NCBI RefSeq assembly: GCF_009914755.1
Contig: NC_060938.1
Direction: 5' to 3' (one strand)
DNA from: the human T2T-CHM13v2.0 reference genome, Homo sapiens
Length of the DNA stretch: 64,000 nt
The notes under the pieces were generated by a model. It searched no databases. It was not told where the DNA came from and saw nothing but the letters and a program-made list of their open reading frames with translations. Made by a program: the position numbers and the translations under genes. This document shows positions 31,226-50,460 of this stretch, piece after piece. The first letter of the stretch is position 1; the number at the start of each line of letters is the position of its first letter.

Positions 31226-33407
31226 GGATTCTTCTTAATTCTTTGTTTTTATTGTTTGACTCACCTGAGGTCTTTGGACTTTGCCTCTGAGCTGGCTTAA
31301 GGGCAATCCACCTTGTTCACTGGTCTGGAGTGGGGAGGCAGAGTATGGGTCGGCTGGAGGAGTGGGGCTCTGTGCTCTCTTTTGAGAGTTTACTAAACGT
31401 CACTCTGCATGGTGAGGGGTGTGTCCTCTCCGCTGGGGAGGCCTGGCTTGAATTTCAGATTGCCTCCCTGGGACACCAGACCCTGTGCTGTGCTCCCTCA
31501 GAAGGACAGCCTTGACTGTCTCCACTCCAGCAGTCAGTTCTCTCCACTCCCACTGGGAGAAGGAGCAAAGGCTGGTGTCTTCAGGAGGCTCCTCTCCAGG
31601 CTGGGGCCAGGGAAGAGTGTGCATGTCACTGTCAGGATGTGTCCCAGTGGTGTGGCTGGGTTCTCAGGGTGAAGCTCGTCCATTTCTGGGATGGCAGCGG
31701 AAGCAGGCACTACACACGCAGCTTCAGGGGGCTCTCCCCATGCTTCCTAGCTGCCTGGCACTTTCTGGTGTTTCTGGCTAACTTTCTGGCCATGCCAGGA
31801 GTTGGTGGAAGGAGATCTCAGGCCGCAGCTTTGCTTTCCTGCTGAGGAGACAGAGGTAGGCTGGGGCTGTAGGACAGGGGAGGCCAGCAGCCCCACCTTC
31901 CTTCTGGAGAGACGCTGCCTGTCTGTCATTGCCCCTCTCCTGCACCTGGCCGCTGGCTGGCTGCTCTTCCCTCCCAATCACCAGCAAGCCAGCTCCTGTT
32001 CCCTGCAGCCCAGCCCGCAGGATGTGTCCTGGGACCCATAGCCCTCTCTCCCCAGAGACAGCACCGCCCTGCAGCTCGGGTTCCTGGCCCTGTGCTAACC
32101 CTGGTGGGGCTTTCCTTACTGGTCTGCTCTGCAGCCATGACATTGTGGCCACCGCTCTCCTTGGGACCCCCACCTGGCTTTCCTCCCAGCACATGCTGTT
32201 TCCTACCCACCTGGATGGTGTCCTGTGTGCTGGATTCCCCATGCTGTGTCCCCAGCATCCTGACCATGTCTGTCCCGCCTGCCTAGATCTTGCACCGTGG
32301 CCACGGGGCTCCCTCCTGATAGCCCTGAACGCTCCGCTCCATGTCCTACAGAGAGGGATGTCCCAAGTAGATGTCAGCTCCCTCCAGCATCTGAGCAGGC
32401 AGGACAGAGACCCACGGTGCTGCTCACATCAGCAGCCTGGAACCCCGAGACAGCTCCTTTTGCTCACCTCCCCCAACACTGATGTTGCACCTGTCTCCAA
32501 GCCACTCTGGGACCATCTGTTTCTCTCCATCTGGGAAGCCCCCTTCGCACCTCATGCTCTTCCTGGCTGGGGCGTCTGGGTCACTCACTGGACTCTCCTC
32601 TCCTTAGACCTGTGCACAAGCACACACGGGAAGGCATCCTGACAGGTGGTGGGAAGAGAAGGCAGCTGCCTCACTGCGGAAAGAGCACGGCCGCTCCTGG
32701 ACTCCAGCCCTGTTGGGGCTGGCGGGGTCAGCAGGCGCTGGGTTCCAGCCTCAGGTGGGGTCTTTGGAGGTGGCCTCTGGGCACAGGCACCTCCTCTGCG
32801 GCCTTCTCACCAGGTCACGGTTCAGGGAGGCTTTGCCGGCTACGGAGCCTGCCCACACCAAGGCGCGCACGACCACCTGTCCAGAGATGCCACGCGGGCT
32901 GGGCGGCGAAGGCCAAGGACACGCCCTGCCTGGTGTCGGGGGCAAAGGTTAGGCCTGGAAGGGAGGTGTGGGGTGGGGACCCCGAGGCCAGGGCTGGGCC
33001 GCTGAGCTTCAGGGCCCTTGGGGGGCTCAGGGAGGAATGCCGGAGGACCCCAGCATCAGGAGGAACCCCTGGAGAGCTACGGCAGGACTCACCTGTGGGG
33101 CACAGGGAGGGATCACCAGGGAAATGGCCCTTGTGGAGGATCTCCCCTCTACCCCCAGGGCACCAGGGGAGGATCTACTAGGGGGTTCTGGTGGAAGGGC
33201 CCACCCGGGAAGCGGCGCGCGGGGAGGACTCGGGGGCGCCGAGAGGAACTGCCCGGGAAGGGGCGCGCGGGCCGCGGGCGGCGCGGGGTCGGTAACGGCC
33301 CGTGCGGTGGGCGGCGGCGCCCGAGGCCCCTCCCCGCCGCCCGCGGCCGCTCCTCCTCTTCCTCTCCCGCCCGCGCCGCGGCCCTCCCGTCCCTGCGCGG
33401 CCTCGGC

Positions 33408-33412
<5 letters not shown>

Positions 33413-33444
<32 letters not shown>

Positions 33445-33446
33445 GC
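33413..33446 (+). repeat. (CGG)9 followed by (CAG)2 trinucleotide tract upstream of the MTA1 ATG
   Basis: Direct count, CGG x9 at 33413-33439. Confidence 0.92.
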
Positions 33447-33564
33447 GCGGCCCCTTTAAACGCCTGCGGCGCCCCCCGCCCCCGCCATCGCGCCTCCATT
33501 TTCCCGGCCGCCCGCGCCGAGCGCCGCGCCCGCCCCGGGCCCCTCCGCCGCCGCCGGCCCGGAC

Positions 33565-33592
33565 ATGGCCGCCAACATGTACAGGGTCGGAG
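33565..33592 (+). CDS. MTA1: MTA1 exon 1 CDS (MAANMYRVG)
   Basis: GACATGG Kozak; G|gtaagg donor; MTA-family N-terminus. Confidence 0.97.
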
Positions 33593-36065
33593 GTAAGGCC
33601 GCACCGCCTTTATGCCCGGCCCCGACCCGCCCGCAGCCCCCACCCGCCGCCGCTGCCGCCTCCCCCGCCCCTCTGCCCCGCAGGCCCCGCGCCCCCCGCC
33701 CGCCCTCGCGGCCCCCGGCTCCTTCCCGAACCGCCCCCCGCCGTGCTCACCCCAACCCAAAATGGCCCCGCGGGTCGGCCCCATCGGGGGCGGGCGGGGC
33801 TCGGCGGCCCGGGGGTGGGGGGCGGCCCACCTGTTGGGGCCGAGGGGGCGGCCGCGGGGGTGGCGGGGGGGCGCGGGGCCTGCGGGACATCCGGGGGTCC
33901 GGGGCCGGGAGCCCCCAGCGGGAGCACGTGGCCTTGGGAGGCGCCGGCTGCCGGTCTGGGAGCAGGAGTTTTGGGGCTGTGGGGTCTCCCCCGGCCCGCG
34001 GCCCTGTGCTGGGACTCCGGTGCATCCCCTCTGGGGATGGGGAGCCCCGGTGAGGGGCCACGTTCCTCCCTAGAGCCCTCCTGCAGCCTGGCCCCGGGGC
34101 TTCCCCCAGCAGGGATCCCTCAGGGGGTCTTCAGCAGGGAGCGAGCATCCCGAGCACGCCTCTAAGTCCCCCCAAACTTTTCCCTGCCTCTCGCTCACCT
34201 CAGCCCATTCGGGAGGCGCTTTGCAAGGGTTGGGGAGAGGCCGGAGGGCCTCCTGGGCAGGGGCTTCCTCCGTGGGCCCAGCCTCCTGTTGCTCGGGCCC
34301 CCCGGGCCTGCAGCTTTGAGCCTTGCCCTCCTTCGTGTGCCTGGGACTCCGTGGGGTCTTTCACAGGAAGGTGGGGGGTCGTGTGCATTCCATCATTCCA
34401 TCAGCGCCTCCCTCCCCAGGACTCTGAGACCCCTCCCTGCCTGTGACCCTCTCGGGCAGGTGCTCATTACCTTTCCCACCTGCAGCCTGCGCTGCTGGAG
34501 GGAGCTGGGGTCACTCCCGCTCTGGCTTGATCCCCATGCCCCTGACCCCGAGTGCCCAGAACACTCTGTGTCTCTCGAGTGTGGCTTCTGCTGCCTTGGA
34601 CGCCGTGTGGTCTGGCCGGCCAGTCCTGTGACCTTGGGGACGGTGGGAGCCCCCTACATCCCGTCTGTGAGATGGGCGGTCAGTCCGCATCAGCAGCTCT
34701 GGGCCTCCCCTGTCCTCTCAGAGGGGCGGTGGGCCTGTACCCCATCCAGCGGCAGCCCCTCCCACAGCCTCATACAGCTTTGCCAGGTCCCTGTGTGGAC
34801 CCAGGTGCGCTGAGCCCACCCCACGCTCAGGGAGCAGCCTGGGTGCGGGGTCCCTCGAGGGAGGGGCCTGTTCCTTCCTGTTCTTTCTCCCCACCTGGAG
34901 ACCCCCCTTCCAGCCTGACATGAGGGCCCAGTTTCTCACCCTGGCAGAGAGGATGCCTGCTGCCTGGGCTCCAGCCGGGCCCACTGCGCATGGTTTTGGG
35001 ATTGGTCCCAAGAAGAGCTCTCCCTGCCCCCACCCATGTTGGGGGTGGGGAGTGGTGGCAGCTTTGGGCTCTAGGGCTGGGGACACCCCGACCCCAACTC
35101 ATGCCTTCCTAGTGGCTGCATTGCTCGGCCTTCAGGCCTGCCTGCCTGTGATCTTGGCGCCAGCCTGGCTGCCCCCCCTCCAACCTTCCCATGCCTCGGT
35201 TTCCCCATGGTGTGGGTGAGGACCTCGTCTCTCAGCCGTCCTTTTGTGCCCTGTGGCAGCTGTGCTGTGGCTGATGAAAGCCAGGACCCTGCCTTGTCCC
35301 ATCCCGGAGGTGCAGCTCCCCTGGGCCCCACACAGGCTTGGGAGGAGCCCTTCGTGGGGCTGCGCCGCCCTCCCCGAACCCTCTGTCCCCCTGTGCCCGC
35401 AGGCCCGTCCCAGGGCCTCACTGACCCACGCACTCCAGTGCTGTGAGGGTGGGTGGCCTGGACTCCTAGGCTGTGGCGGAGGGGCCCCACCATGCCTGGC
35501 AGAGATGCTGCTGGTCTCTTTTCCTGTGATGAGGAGCATGGGAGGTTGGGTGCTGTCTGCTGGCAGCACAGCCACGCGTGGGATCCAGACTGCTTCTGCG
35601 TGTGCAGTCCGTGGTCACTGTGGCCGGGTGTGCTCGGAGCTGTCAGGCCCCCCACGTGCCCGCCCCGAGGACTTCCTCTCCCTGCAGGTGAGACTGTAGG
35701 CCTCCCCCTCTCTACTCTGACTGTCCCTATAGGAGAAGCGGCATTTATCCCTGGCTTCTGGACCGGAACCCTGGGTTCCGGCAGGACCCCGGCAGAGCCC
35801 TGTGGTCGCAGTGGGCTGGGCATTGCAGGTTGGCTTCCTGTCTTGGTGCTCGCTCGGGGAGGTGGGCGTCTGGATTCTTGAGCCCCCAGACAAGAAAGAG
35901 GAAGGTGTGCAGTGTCTCCTGAGCAGCCTTTGTCCGTCTGTCGCCGGCTGCCTGGCACGGGCTCCATCTGGGTGGCCAGTCCTGGCCTGTGGGAGATGCC
36001 GGCAGGGACCCAGCCTGGGAAGGGGCTTGCTCCTGTGCCCCCCCACCCCAGGGACCTTGTGTGTA

Positions 36066-36240
36066 GAGGCACCAAATTTAGTTAAGAAAAGTACAGGACG
36101 CCCAGGCAAATTTGAGTTTCAGATAAACAGAAATTTATTAGTGTAAGTATGTCCCAAATATGGCATGGGACATACTTGTCCCAGAAGATTCTTATCTGAC
36201 ATTCACAGTTATCTGGGCAACCCGTATTTTAGCTGGCAGG
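36066..36240. mobile_element. MER53-like palindromic hAT MITE
   Basis: TACAGGACGCCCAG..AAATTTGAGTTTCAGATAA...AAGTATGTCCCA/TGGGACATACTT...TTATCTGA..CTGGGC..TATTTTAGCTGGCA. Confidence 0.8.
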
Positions 36241-36743
36241 CTACTCCGAGGCCCTGCCAGGTTGGGCTAGGCAGGGTGAAGGTGTGGTGGCAGTATTTTT
36301 GTGCCAGCTGAGCTGGGTGAAGTGGTGAGCAGGGAGGGAACAGGGCCTGTTTCTTCCCCATGGAGTGCCCTGGCCACGGACAGAGGCCTTCTGTCTGTGC
36401 CTGTGAGGGCAGCGGATGGCCTGGGCAAGGGTGGCGGGGTCAGGGTTCCCTGACCTCTGCTTCTCAAGGGTTGTCCATCCCGAGGGCTGGGGAAGGCTTG
36501 AAACCTGCTGTGGGATGAGAGGGCCCCAGGGCAACGGCGGGATGTTTCTTCTCTGGGTTGAACATGAAGATGTTAGATAGCATCCAAAACAGGACAGCAG
36601 GAATCGGTGCCTGCCAGCTGCCTGCAGCTTGCTCATGTGGGGCTTCTGCTTTTCAGTGGACAGGCCATTACCATTTTGCCTTGGGTGTTTCTGTTTTTCA
36701 TTGCAAGAGGTTAACACCCCATCTTTTGGATTTTTTTTGTTTA

Positions 36744-37044
36744 ATTTTTTTTTTTTTTTTTTTTTTGAGATGGAGTCTTGCTCTGTGGCCCAAGCTGGAG
36801 TGCAGAGGCGCGATTTCGGCTCACTGCAACCTCCGCCTCCCCGGCCCAAGCGATTTCCTGCCTCAGCCTCCCAAGTAGCTGGGACTAGCCAGGCGCCACC
36901 AGGCCTGGTTAAGTTTTACATTTTTAGTAGAGACGGCGTTTCTCCATGTTGGTCAGGCTGGTCTGGAACTCCTGACCTCAAGTGATCCACCCGCTTCGGC
37001 CTCCGAAAGTGCTGGGATTACAGGCGTGAGCTCATGCCCGGCCT
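36744..37044 (-). mobile_element. AluS
   Basis: Antisense Alu; a short sense Alu tail follows at ~37072-37111. Confidence 0.9.
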
Positions 37045-37732
37045 TTTTGTTTTAATTTTAATAAAAGTTGAGGCTGGGTGACAGAGTGAGACTCCGTATC
37101 AAAAAAAAAAAATTTTAATGTAGTTTGAAAGGATGCCAGAAAGCCCCTGCCCCTGCAGGGCCGCGGGCTCTGCCCCGGTCTCTGGCGCAGCCTGGGCGGA
37201 AGCACCCTGTCCGTGCTGCTGGTCTTCACTGGGCTTGGCATGTGCCATCATCTGCGCTCTGGCGCGCTGTTAGAAATGTTGCTTTTGTATTTTTATTCTA
37301 GTGTTTTTTTGAAGTTTAAACTTTATTGCTCTATATACTTGCCAGTGGGGAAAAAAGTAAACTTAAAAAAAATGTCAGATTTGTAGAGGGCTGCAGCCAG
37401 CGCCGCCCTACCCTGGAGTGCTGAGTGCACCGTGTCCCTAGGCACTTGCTGCTCCATGGGCCGACTTTTGGGGTCCCACCCATCTTTTCCAAGAAGGCAG
37501 GGAAGAGCCCTGGAGACACGGCCGTCCTGTGAGCACCAGGAGCGGGAGTGGTAGAAGTGGCAGGGGCCCAGGTGTGATGTCCTGGAGGGGATGGCATGGG
37601 GCTGTCCCACTTGGCCTGTGAGGATCGGCCTCAGCACTGCGCCATTGGCAGCCCTGGCTCACTCTCCAGGCAGGATGGGCCACTGAGCTTCTCCTGCCTC
37701 AGCCACTGAGCACTCCTGGCTTGCTCCACCTT

Positions 37733-38355
<623 letters not shown>

Positions 38356-38817
38356 TAAGCTCTCAGAATAATAAAAAAGTAGCTGTCAGTGAGAGATGTT
38401 GGAATATATGGTCCAATGAAGCACATCCCTCGCGCCCGACCCGCCCTGGCAGTGCCGTTCCCGCCCGTGTGTGTGGGTTCTGGGTGTCAAAACTGCTGCA
38501 GTGGCCCTGCAGGCATCCTACCTAGAGGTGGGTCCCCAGCTGCGCATCTGGACGCTGGTCAGCAGGTGAGGCTGGGATGCCAGAGGAGGTGCCGTGTGCC
38601 TGGCCAGGTACCCGGGAGGCGGCTTGGGGGAGCACTGGCTGCAGGGCCTCCTTCCTCCTCCTGCTGAACTTGGAGTGCTCTTGCCAGATTATGGGCTGAG
38701 TCCTGCTAGGGAGGGTGGCCCCCCTTCCCCAGGAGGAGCCCACCCTGAGACCTGGTTGGGGGGCAGCTTAGACCCTACCTTAGACTCCAGCAGGCTGTCT
38801 TGGGAGCATGTAATTAT

Positions 38818-39108
38818 GTTTTTTTTGAGACAGGGTCTCCTGTTGCCCAGGCTGGAGTGCAGTGGCACCATCACAGCTACTGCAGCCTCCACCCCACAGG
38901 CTCAGGCGATCCTCCCATCTCAGCTTCCTGAGTAGCTGAGACCACAGGTGCACACCACCATACCCAGCTAATTTTAAGATTTTTTATAGAGGCGGAGTCT
39001 CACTATGTTGCCCAGGCTGGTCTCGAACTCCCGTCCTCAAGCGATCCTCTTGCCTTGGGCTCCCAAAGTGCCGCTGGGTTTGCAAGGCTGTGAACTACCA
39101 TGCCCGGC
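38818..39108 (-). mobile_element. AluJ
   Basis: Antisense Alu. Confidence 0.87.
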
Positions 39109-39834
39109 AGAGCATTTAATATTCTCCAAATGTCTTTCCTCGTGTGCTACCTGGGCTCACTGCTTTCTGGGGCTCTCGTGTTGCTGGTGTCTCCACCCCC
39201 ACCCCCACCCCAGCTGGCCTGCTCCATTCCTGTCCCGGTGGGCTCATGTCTGAGTGTGCGGACTGGGGGATCTTGGTGGCGATGGAGCCAAGCCCAGGGA
39301 GGCTGGGGCCACCCTCATAGTGCAAGGCCACCCAGCACCTCGCCCCTATACCCCACCCGCCCCACCAATGTGCCCCCGGCACCCCCGAGCCCAGGCCCCA
39401 AGGCTTGCTTCTATGGGCTTTGCACCACCCTCTAGGCTGCTCCCGCCTGGGCCATGCAGCGCACCTGAGGGGTCTGAGGTGACCGCTCCTCAGAGCCGCC
39501 CGGCAGCCTCCCTGGGGCGGGCCTCAGCACTGCAGCCCCGTGATCCGGCCTGGCGTGGGCTTTGCTGCTTTCTCTGCCCGGTGGCCTGAGGAGCTCGAGT
39601 GCCCGCCTGCCCCCAGAGCCCTTTCACGGTCAGGGCCTGAGCTCTGTGGGTGCCATTAGGAGGAGGGTCTGCAGATCTGTGCGGTTGGGGGACCCCTGGG
39701 GCATGGAGGGGACCACGCGTCCCTTCCCGTCCGTGCCCTGCCAGGCTGTCCTCACAGCAGCGTCGTCACAGGGGAGGAAACCAGGGCAGCGGCAGCGGCT
39801 CCTGGTACCAAGCATACCTTAAAAATGAGCCCAT

Positions 39835-39926
39835 GGATGTTGCAGTGAGCCGAGATCACGCCACTGCACTCCAGCCTGGGTGACAGAGCGAGACTTCGTC
39901 TCACAAAAAAAAAAAAAAAAAAAAAA
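39835..39926 (+). mobile_element. 5'-truncated Alu
   Basis: Right-arm end plus poly-A. Confidence 0.85.
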
Positions 39927-41266
39927 GAGCCTCAAGGCCTGTGCAGTTGGTCAGCGGTGGAGTCAGGTATGGGGCACACCTGATTCTGCCCTGGCTCATC
40001 CCCTGCCTTCAGAGGACAGCAAGGGCGCAGCGCACGTGGGGGCTGGCCCTGAGGTGTGGCGTTCTCTGGGCTGGGCTAGGGCAGTTCTGAGGGAGGGGCG
40101 TGTTCTGTCCCATTCCTCCAGGAGACACAGTGCCTGGGCCATCTGGCCACTTGCATGAGGGAACGTCTGTCTGCATCCCCTGGGGGCCGCTGTCCCCATC
40201 CCTTGACTGCCGGATGCACCTCGGATGCTGGGGCTCTGGTCTCCGATCCTTCTTGGACTTTGTGGGGACAGCAACGGAGGAGGATGACCCCAAGGATGGG
40301 CCGGGCGCGAGGCTTGCAGCAGTGCCCAGGTTTTGCAGATAAAAATACAGGACACCCCTGCAGCATTTGGGACGTTGTCACATGGAGACCCGGCTCCTGG
40401 AGCAGGGGTGCTGGGGGCTTTCCTGACCACTGTTGCTGTTTCTCTTGACTCTGTTCCCAAAAGGGAAAAGACAAAGTTCCTCTCTGTGCTCCCTGGTCTC
40501 CTGTCTCTGACCATGGCAGACCTGGCTGTGGGTGAGCTCAGGAGAGTGGGCTGTGCCCTGGAGGGTCCCGGACAGGCAGGGACCACGGGCACCGCCCTGC
40601 CGCGCAGCTCTTGTTGCTCAATGATCTTGGGGGTTGTGTCTGTTCTCCCCCAATTCTTCTGTGGCCCCATCCCCTATTTGTTAAAACTTACGTGTAACCC
40701 CAAAATTCACACTTATGTCACTTTCCCAGTCATTTGCGGGCACGCACAGGCTGCTAAAAGCCCAAGTTGCGTGGTGCTTGGGTGCCTGCTGGGGTGAGCG
40801 AGGCACCCTGCCCTCTGCCACTGCTCCCATGTTGGAAGCAAATTGTCCTTTCTCCATCTACTGAGGGCCATGCTTCTTGCATTTGGGGGCTCTTGGTGAT
40901 TTTGCTTTTTAGATGCCCCTGGGGGAGGTGCCGCAGTGCTGTTGAGTGTCCCTGGACACAGGCAGGCTGGGATGGGTCCCATGGAGAGAACGTGTGTTGG
41001 ACAGGCTCTGCCCCACGTGAGTTCAGTGTCGGAGAACAATAATAATTATAAAGTTCTTTGACAGAAACGTAAAATAAGGCTGTTGCGTATTGATTGGTTG
41101 CTGAAAATGTTGTGACCAGAGGCTCGTAGGAACCTGACCCTGTATTTCCTGTAGGAACAGAGGTACGGTGTTCAGTATTAGTGGTGACTTTATGGAACGT
41201 AATTACTGCAAACAATGAGAATTGACTCTGGGTGCGTGTATATTTTTTTAACTTAAAGTAAGGTTT

Positions 41267-42554
41267 AGGCCGGGCATGGTGGCTCACACCTGTAATCCCA
41301 ACACTTTGGGAGGCTGAGGTGGGCAGATCACTTGAGCTCAGGAGTTTGAGACCAACCTGACCACACAGCAAAACCCCATCTCTACTAAAAATACAAAAAA
41401 AGCCAGGCGTGGTGGTGCGTGCCTGTAATCCTAGCTACTTGGGAGGCCGAGGCATGAGAATCACTTGCGTGCAGGACGCAGAGGTTGCAGTGAGTGGAGA
41501 TCGCACCACTGTACCCCAGCCTGGGCAACAGAGTGAGACTCTCTCAAAAAAAAAAAAAAAAAAAAAGTTAGGTTTATTGAGATACACGTTTCACATGGCA
41601 AACCCACTTATGTGTAGGGGCCTGTGGTTTTCCACTCATGCACAGCTGTGTGGTCGCTGCAGCTCTTCCACACCTGACATGCTTCTCTTGTGACCTTCTG
41701 TAGTCAGCCCCCTCTTCTCCCCCAGCTCCCAGCAACACTGACCTATTTTCTGTTCCTGCCGTTTTGCCTTGTCCAGAATGTGGTAGAAGTGGAATTGCAC
41801 AGCATGTGGGCTTTTGAGTCTGGCGTCTTTCTTTTTTTTTGAGATAAGGTCTCAGTCTGTCACCCAGGTTGGAGTGCAGTGGTACAGCCATGACTCACTG
41901 CAGCCTCCACCTCCCAGGCTCAAGTGATCCTTCCACCTCAGCCTCCTGAACAGCCGGGACCACAGGTGTGCACCACCACACCCAGCTAAGTTTTTCGTTA
42001 TGTTGTCTAGGCTGGTCTCGAACTCCTGGGCTCAAGCGATCCTCCCACTTCGGACTCCCATAGTGCTGAGGTAACAGGAGTGAGCCACCATGCCCAGCCT
42101 TATAGTAATTCTTGAAATCAAGTAGTAGGAATCCTTGAACTTTGTTCCTCATTTTCAAAATTGTTTAGCCTGTTCTGGTTACTTGGCTTTCCCTTACAGA
42201 GTTTAGAATTGGCTTGTTAATTTCTACAGAAACCAAAAAGAAGTGTTTCTTTTTTTTTTTCTTTTTTTGAGACAGCATCTTGCTCTGTTGCCCAGGCTGG
42301 AGTGCAGTGGTATGATCTTGGCTCACTGTATGTAGCCTCAGTCTCTTGGGCTCAAGTGATCCTCCCCACTTCAGCCTCCCGAGTAGCTAGGACTACAGGC
42401 ATACGCCACCATGCCTGGCTAGTTTTATTTATTTTTGTAGAGATGGGGTCTCACTATGTTGCCCACACTAGTCTCAAACCCCTGGCCTCAAGTGATCCTC
42501 CTGCCTTGACTCCCAAAATGCTGGAATTACAGGCATGAGCCATTGTGCCCAGCC

Positions 42555-42555
<1 letters not shown>
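41267..42555. mobile_element. Alu/L1M cluster (sense Alu 41267-41566; antisense L1M and two AluJ)
   Basis: Consensus-like segments. Confidence 0.8.
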
Positions 42556-44200
<1,645 letters not shown>

Positions 44201-44491
44201 AGATGTTTGGGAAATAATTGGCATCTAAACCAATCTTGGGTCCTCTCGTACAGGGATTGGCAAACTGGCCCGCTGCCTGTTTTTGATGACTCACGAGCTA
44301 AGAATGGGTTTTACATTTTTTAATTGTTGAGAAAAAAATCAAAGGCAGAAAACTTCATGACACATGAAGATTATATGAAATTCACATTTCAGTGCTCAGA
44401 AATAAAGTGTTATGGGAACACGGCCGCACTAATGGGAGGGATTCCAGTTATTATGTGGCTGCTTTGAGCTACCGTGGTGGGGTTGAATATT

Positions 44492-44705
44492 TGTGATAGG
44501 GACAGGAAAAACCTAACTTTTTCCCAGTCTCACACGTTCAACACAGAACACTTCACCTCTGGTCCCTGGAATGTGTGTGGGGTTTCTCCCTACCAGCAGC
44601 CAGTCGGTTATCCAGTGATTTAACCCAATTTTGACACTGCTTACCTGGAGAGAATATTAGGTTCTGCAGCTGAAGGGCTGAGTCCCACAAGACTGTCCTC
44701 ACTTC
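44492..44705. mobile_element. MER21-like LTR fragment
   Basis: AAGGGCTGAGTCCCACAAGACTGTCCTCACTTC motif. Confidence 0.55.
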
Positions 44706-45020
44706 TCCTGCCTCAGCCTCCCGAGTAGCTGGGATTACAGGCGCCCACCACCACGCACAGTTAATTTTTGTATTTTTAGTAGAGACCAGGTTTCACCATA
44801 TTGGCCAGGCTGGTCTCAAACTCCTGACCTCAGGTGATCCACCCACCTTGGCCTCCCAAACTGCTGGGATTTACAGGCATGAGCCACTGTGCCCAGCCTA
44901 CAAGCTGGTTATTAACAAGACCAATAAACTGAAATCTATAGCCAGACTGACAAAGAAATAGAAGCCACAAGTAACCAACATCAGGAACAACAGATGGGAC
45001 ATCACTACAGATCCTACTGA

Positions 45021-45473
<453 letters not shown>

Positions 45474-45731
45474 TGAGTCTGTCATGCCTTATTGAACCAG
45501 TAGTGTCAACAGTGAACTTCATTTGACCTTGTGGACTTGATGTCATCAGTTCTGTGAATTAAAAAAAAACCTTTTTTAAAGAGATAGAGTCTTGCTTTAT
45601 TGCCCAGGCTAGAGAGCAGTGGCACAGTCCTGGCCCACTGCAGCCTCAATTTCCTGGGCTCAGGTGTGAGCCCCTGTGCCTGGCCTAAAGCTGAACATCT
45701 TGACTTGCTGTCCTGTGCAGCAGCTTGATGA

Positions 45732-46074
<343 letters not shown>

Positions 46075-46537
46075 GCTTTTTGAAAAAGCGCCGAAATTGG
46101 AAAATTTCAGAATGAGAAGAACCACTGTTGACTGCCATCATCAATACACCAGATGACTTGGGAAACTAGTTTTTGCTGCATGATGTTCTCTACGTTCTTT
46201 ATGAATTCATCTTAAAGTTACGAGGCACAACCACATTTATTTGCAAAATTTATACTGTGATGAAGTCACTTTGGCAACAGCTCATGTTTAAATCACAAAC
46301 TGCTTTGTACAGTTTTCTTATTGTCAAGAGGTAAAATGAGAGGCAAAGTCTGCATTGCCACACAGATTTGCAGTGAGCTGCTTTTCTGGGCTCACACTGT
46401 GGTTACAGCAGAGTGTCTGCGACTTCCATGCGAGTGCAAGGGAAACGTCGACATTTCAAAATCCACTCAGCTGTGTGTTAGGGAGCTCCCGCCTGAGCTT
46501 CAGTCGAAAGCGATTGGACTGTAGCGTAACCCCGTGC

Positions 46538-47200
46538 TGTAGTATAGGGGCCCCAAGACCACCCTCGGGTTCAGTAATTCACTAGGACTCATGGAATACA
46601 GCAGAGCATTTCTGCCAGGGGTACGGTTGATTACAGCAAAAGGACGCAGACTCAAATCAGCAAAGGGAAGCGGCACAGGGGCCGGGCTCAGGAGAGACCA
46701 GGGGTGGGCTTCCGGCGTCTCTCCCAGCAGAGACGTGGGCGGTGTGTAGGTCTAGCAGTGGTCTGTGATGACGGGCCTGGCGTATTTCCAAGCAGGGACG
46801 CTCCCGTGAGCCTTGGTGGTCCAGGTGTTTTTAGAGGTTGGTCAGGTGGGCCTGGCTGAGCACCAGTGTGGCTGCCCTCGGTCCCTCCGTCTCAGCCCCT
46901 CCAGAGGTCAGGCTGATGCCACAAGGCACCGCGGTACGTCACTGTCAGGGTAGCCTCTCTGAGGTGGCCTGAGGCCCTGGGTGAGCAGACGCTGTTGGCA
47001 GGCAGGATGCTCCAACAGCTCCGAGGTGACCTCCTAGGAGCAGGTCAAGGGTCAGACCTCTCTGGAAGGAAGAATGCGGGCAATCCAAGCCTGCTGAGCT
47101 GGCCCTTTCCAGGAAAGGGAGTAGCGAGGCTGCTCACTTAGAGCCACGCACCTGGGGCTGACAGTGTGCCTGGCAGTACCTGTGTGGAAAGACAGTTACA
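46538..47200. mobile_element. MER21-like LTR
   Basis: CCCCAAGACCACCCTCGGGTTCAGTAATTCACTAGGACTCA...AAATCAGCAAAGGGAA. Confidence 0.6.
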
Positions 47201-47374
47201 GAGGAAACACATGAACTCACTATAAGCCAGCACTAATGGATGCACCTTTGTTGTTGATTTTGGTGATAAAGAACATTAAATTTGAACCCAATGAAGCAAA
47301 ATGTCATCTCCCAAAACAAGTCCTCTCATGAGTGCATCTGTATTATAGAAAGCTGCACTCAGCTTTTTAAAAAA

Positions 47375-47653
<279 letters not shown>

Positions 47654-47799
47654 GTTATTTTGATTTCATCAGTATGAAATGTGTAGAAATTGTTACATTA
47701 GTCCCTATGTAATATCCTTGGTGTGGCCTCTTGGCCTGCACAGTCTGGAGTATTGACTATCTGGACCTTTATAGGAAGCTCACCAACATGTATTTTAAC

Positions 47800-50460
<2,661 letters not shown>

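Larger units (their letters stand above)
33200..34050 (+). promoter_or_regulatory. MTA1: MTA1 CpG-island promoter / 5'UTR
   Basis: Extreme CpG density around the ATG; GC boxes; YY1-like CCATTTT (33496) and AAAATGGC (~33759). Confidence 0.9.

Noticed and set aside
35071-36075. 334-aa antisense ORF in MTA1 intron 1
   Set aside because: Starts at TTG, low-complexity G/P/R/S composition, no recognisable domain; expected by chance at this GC content
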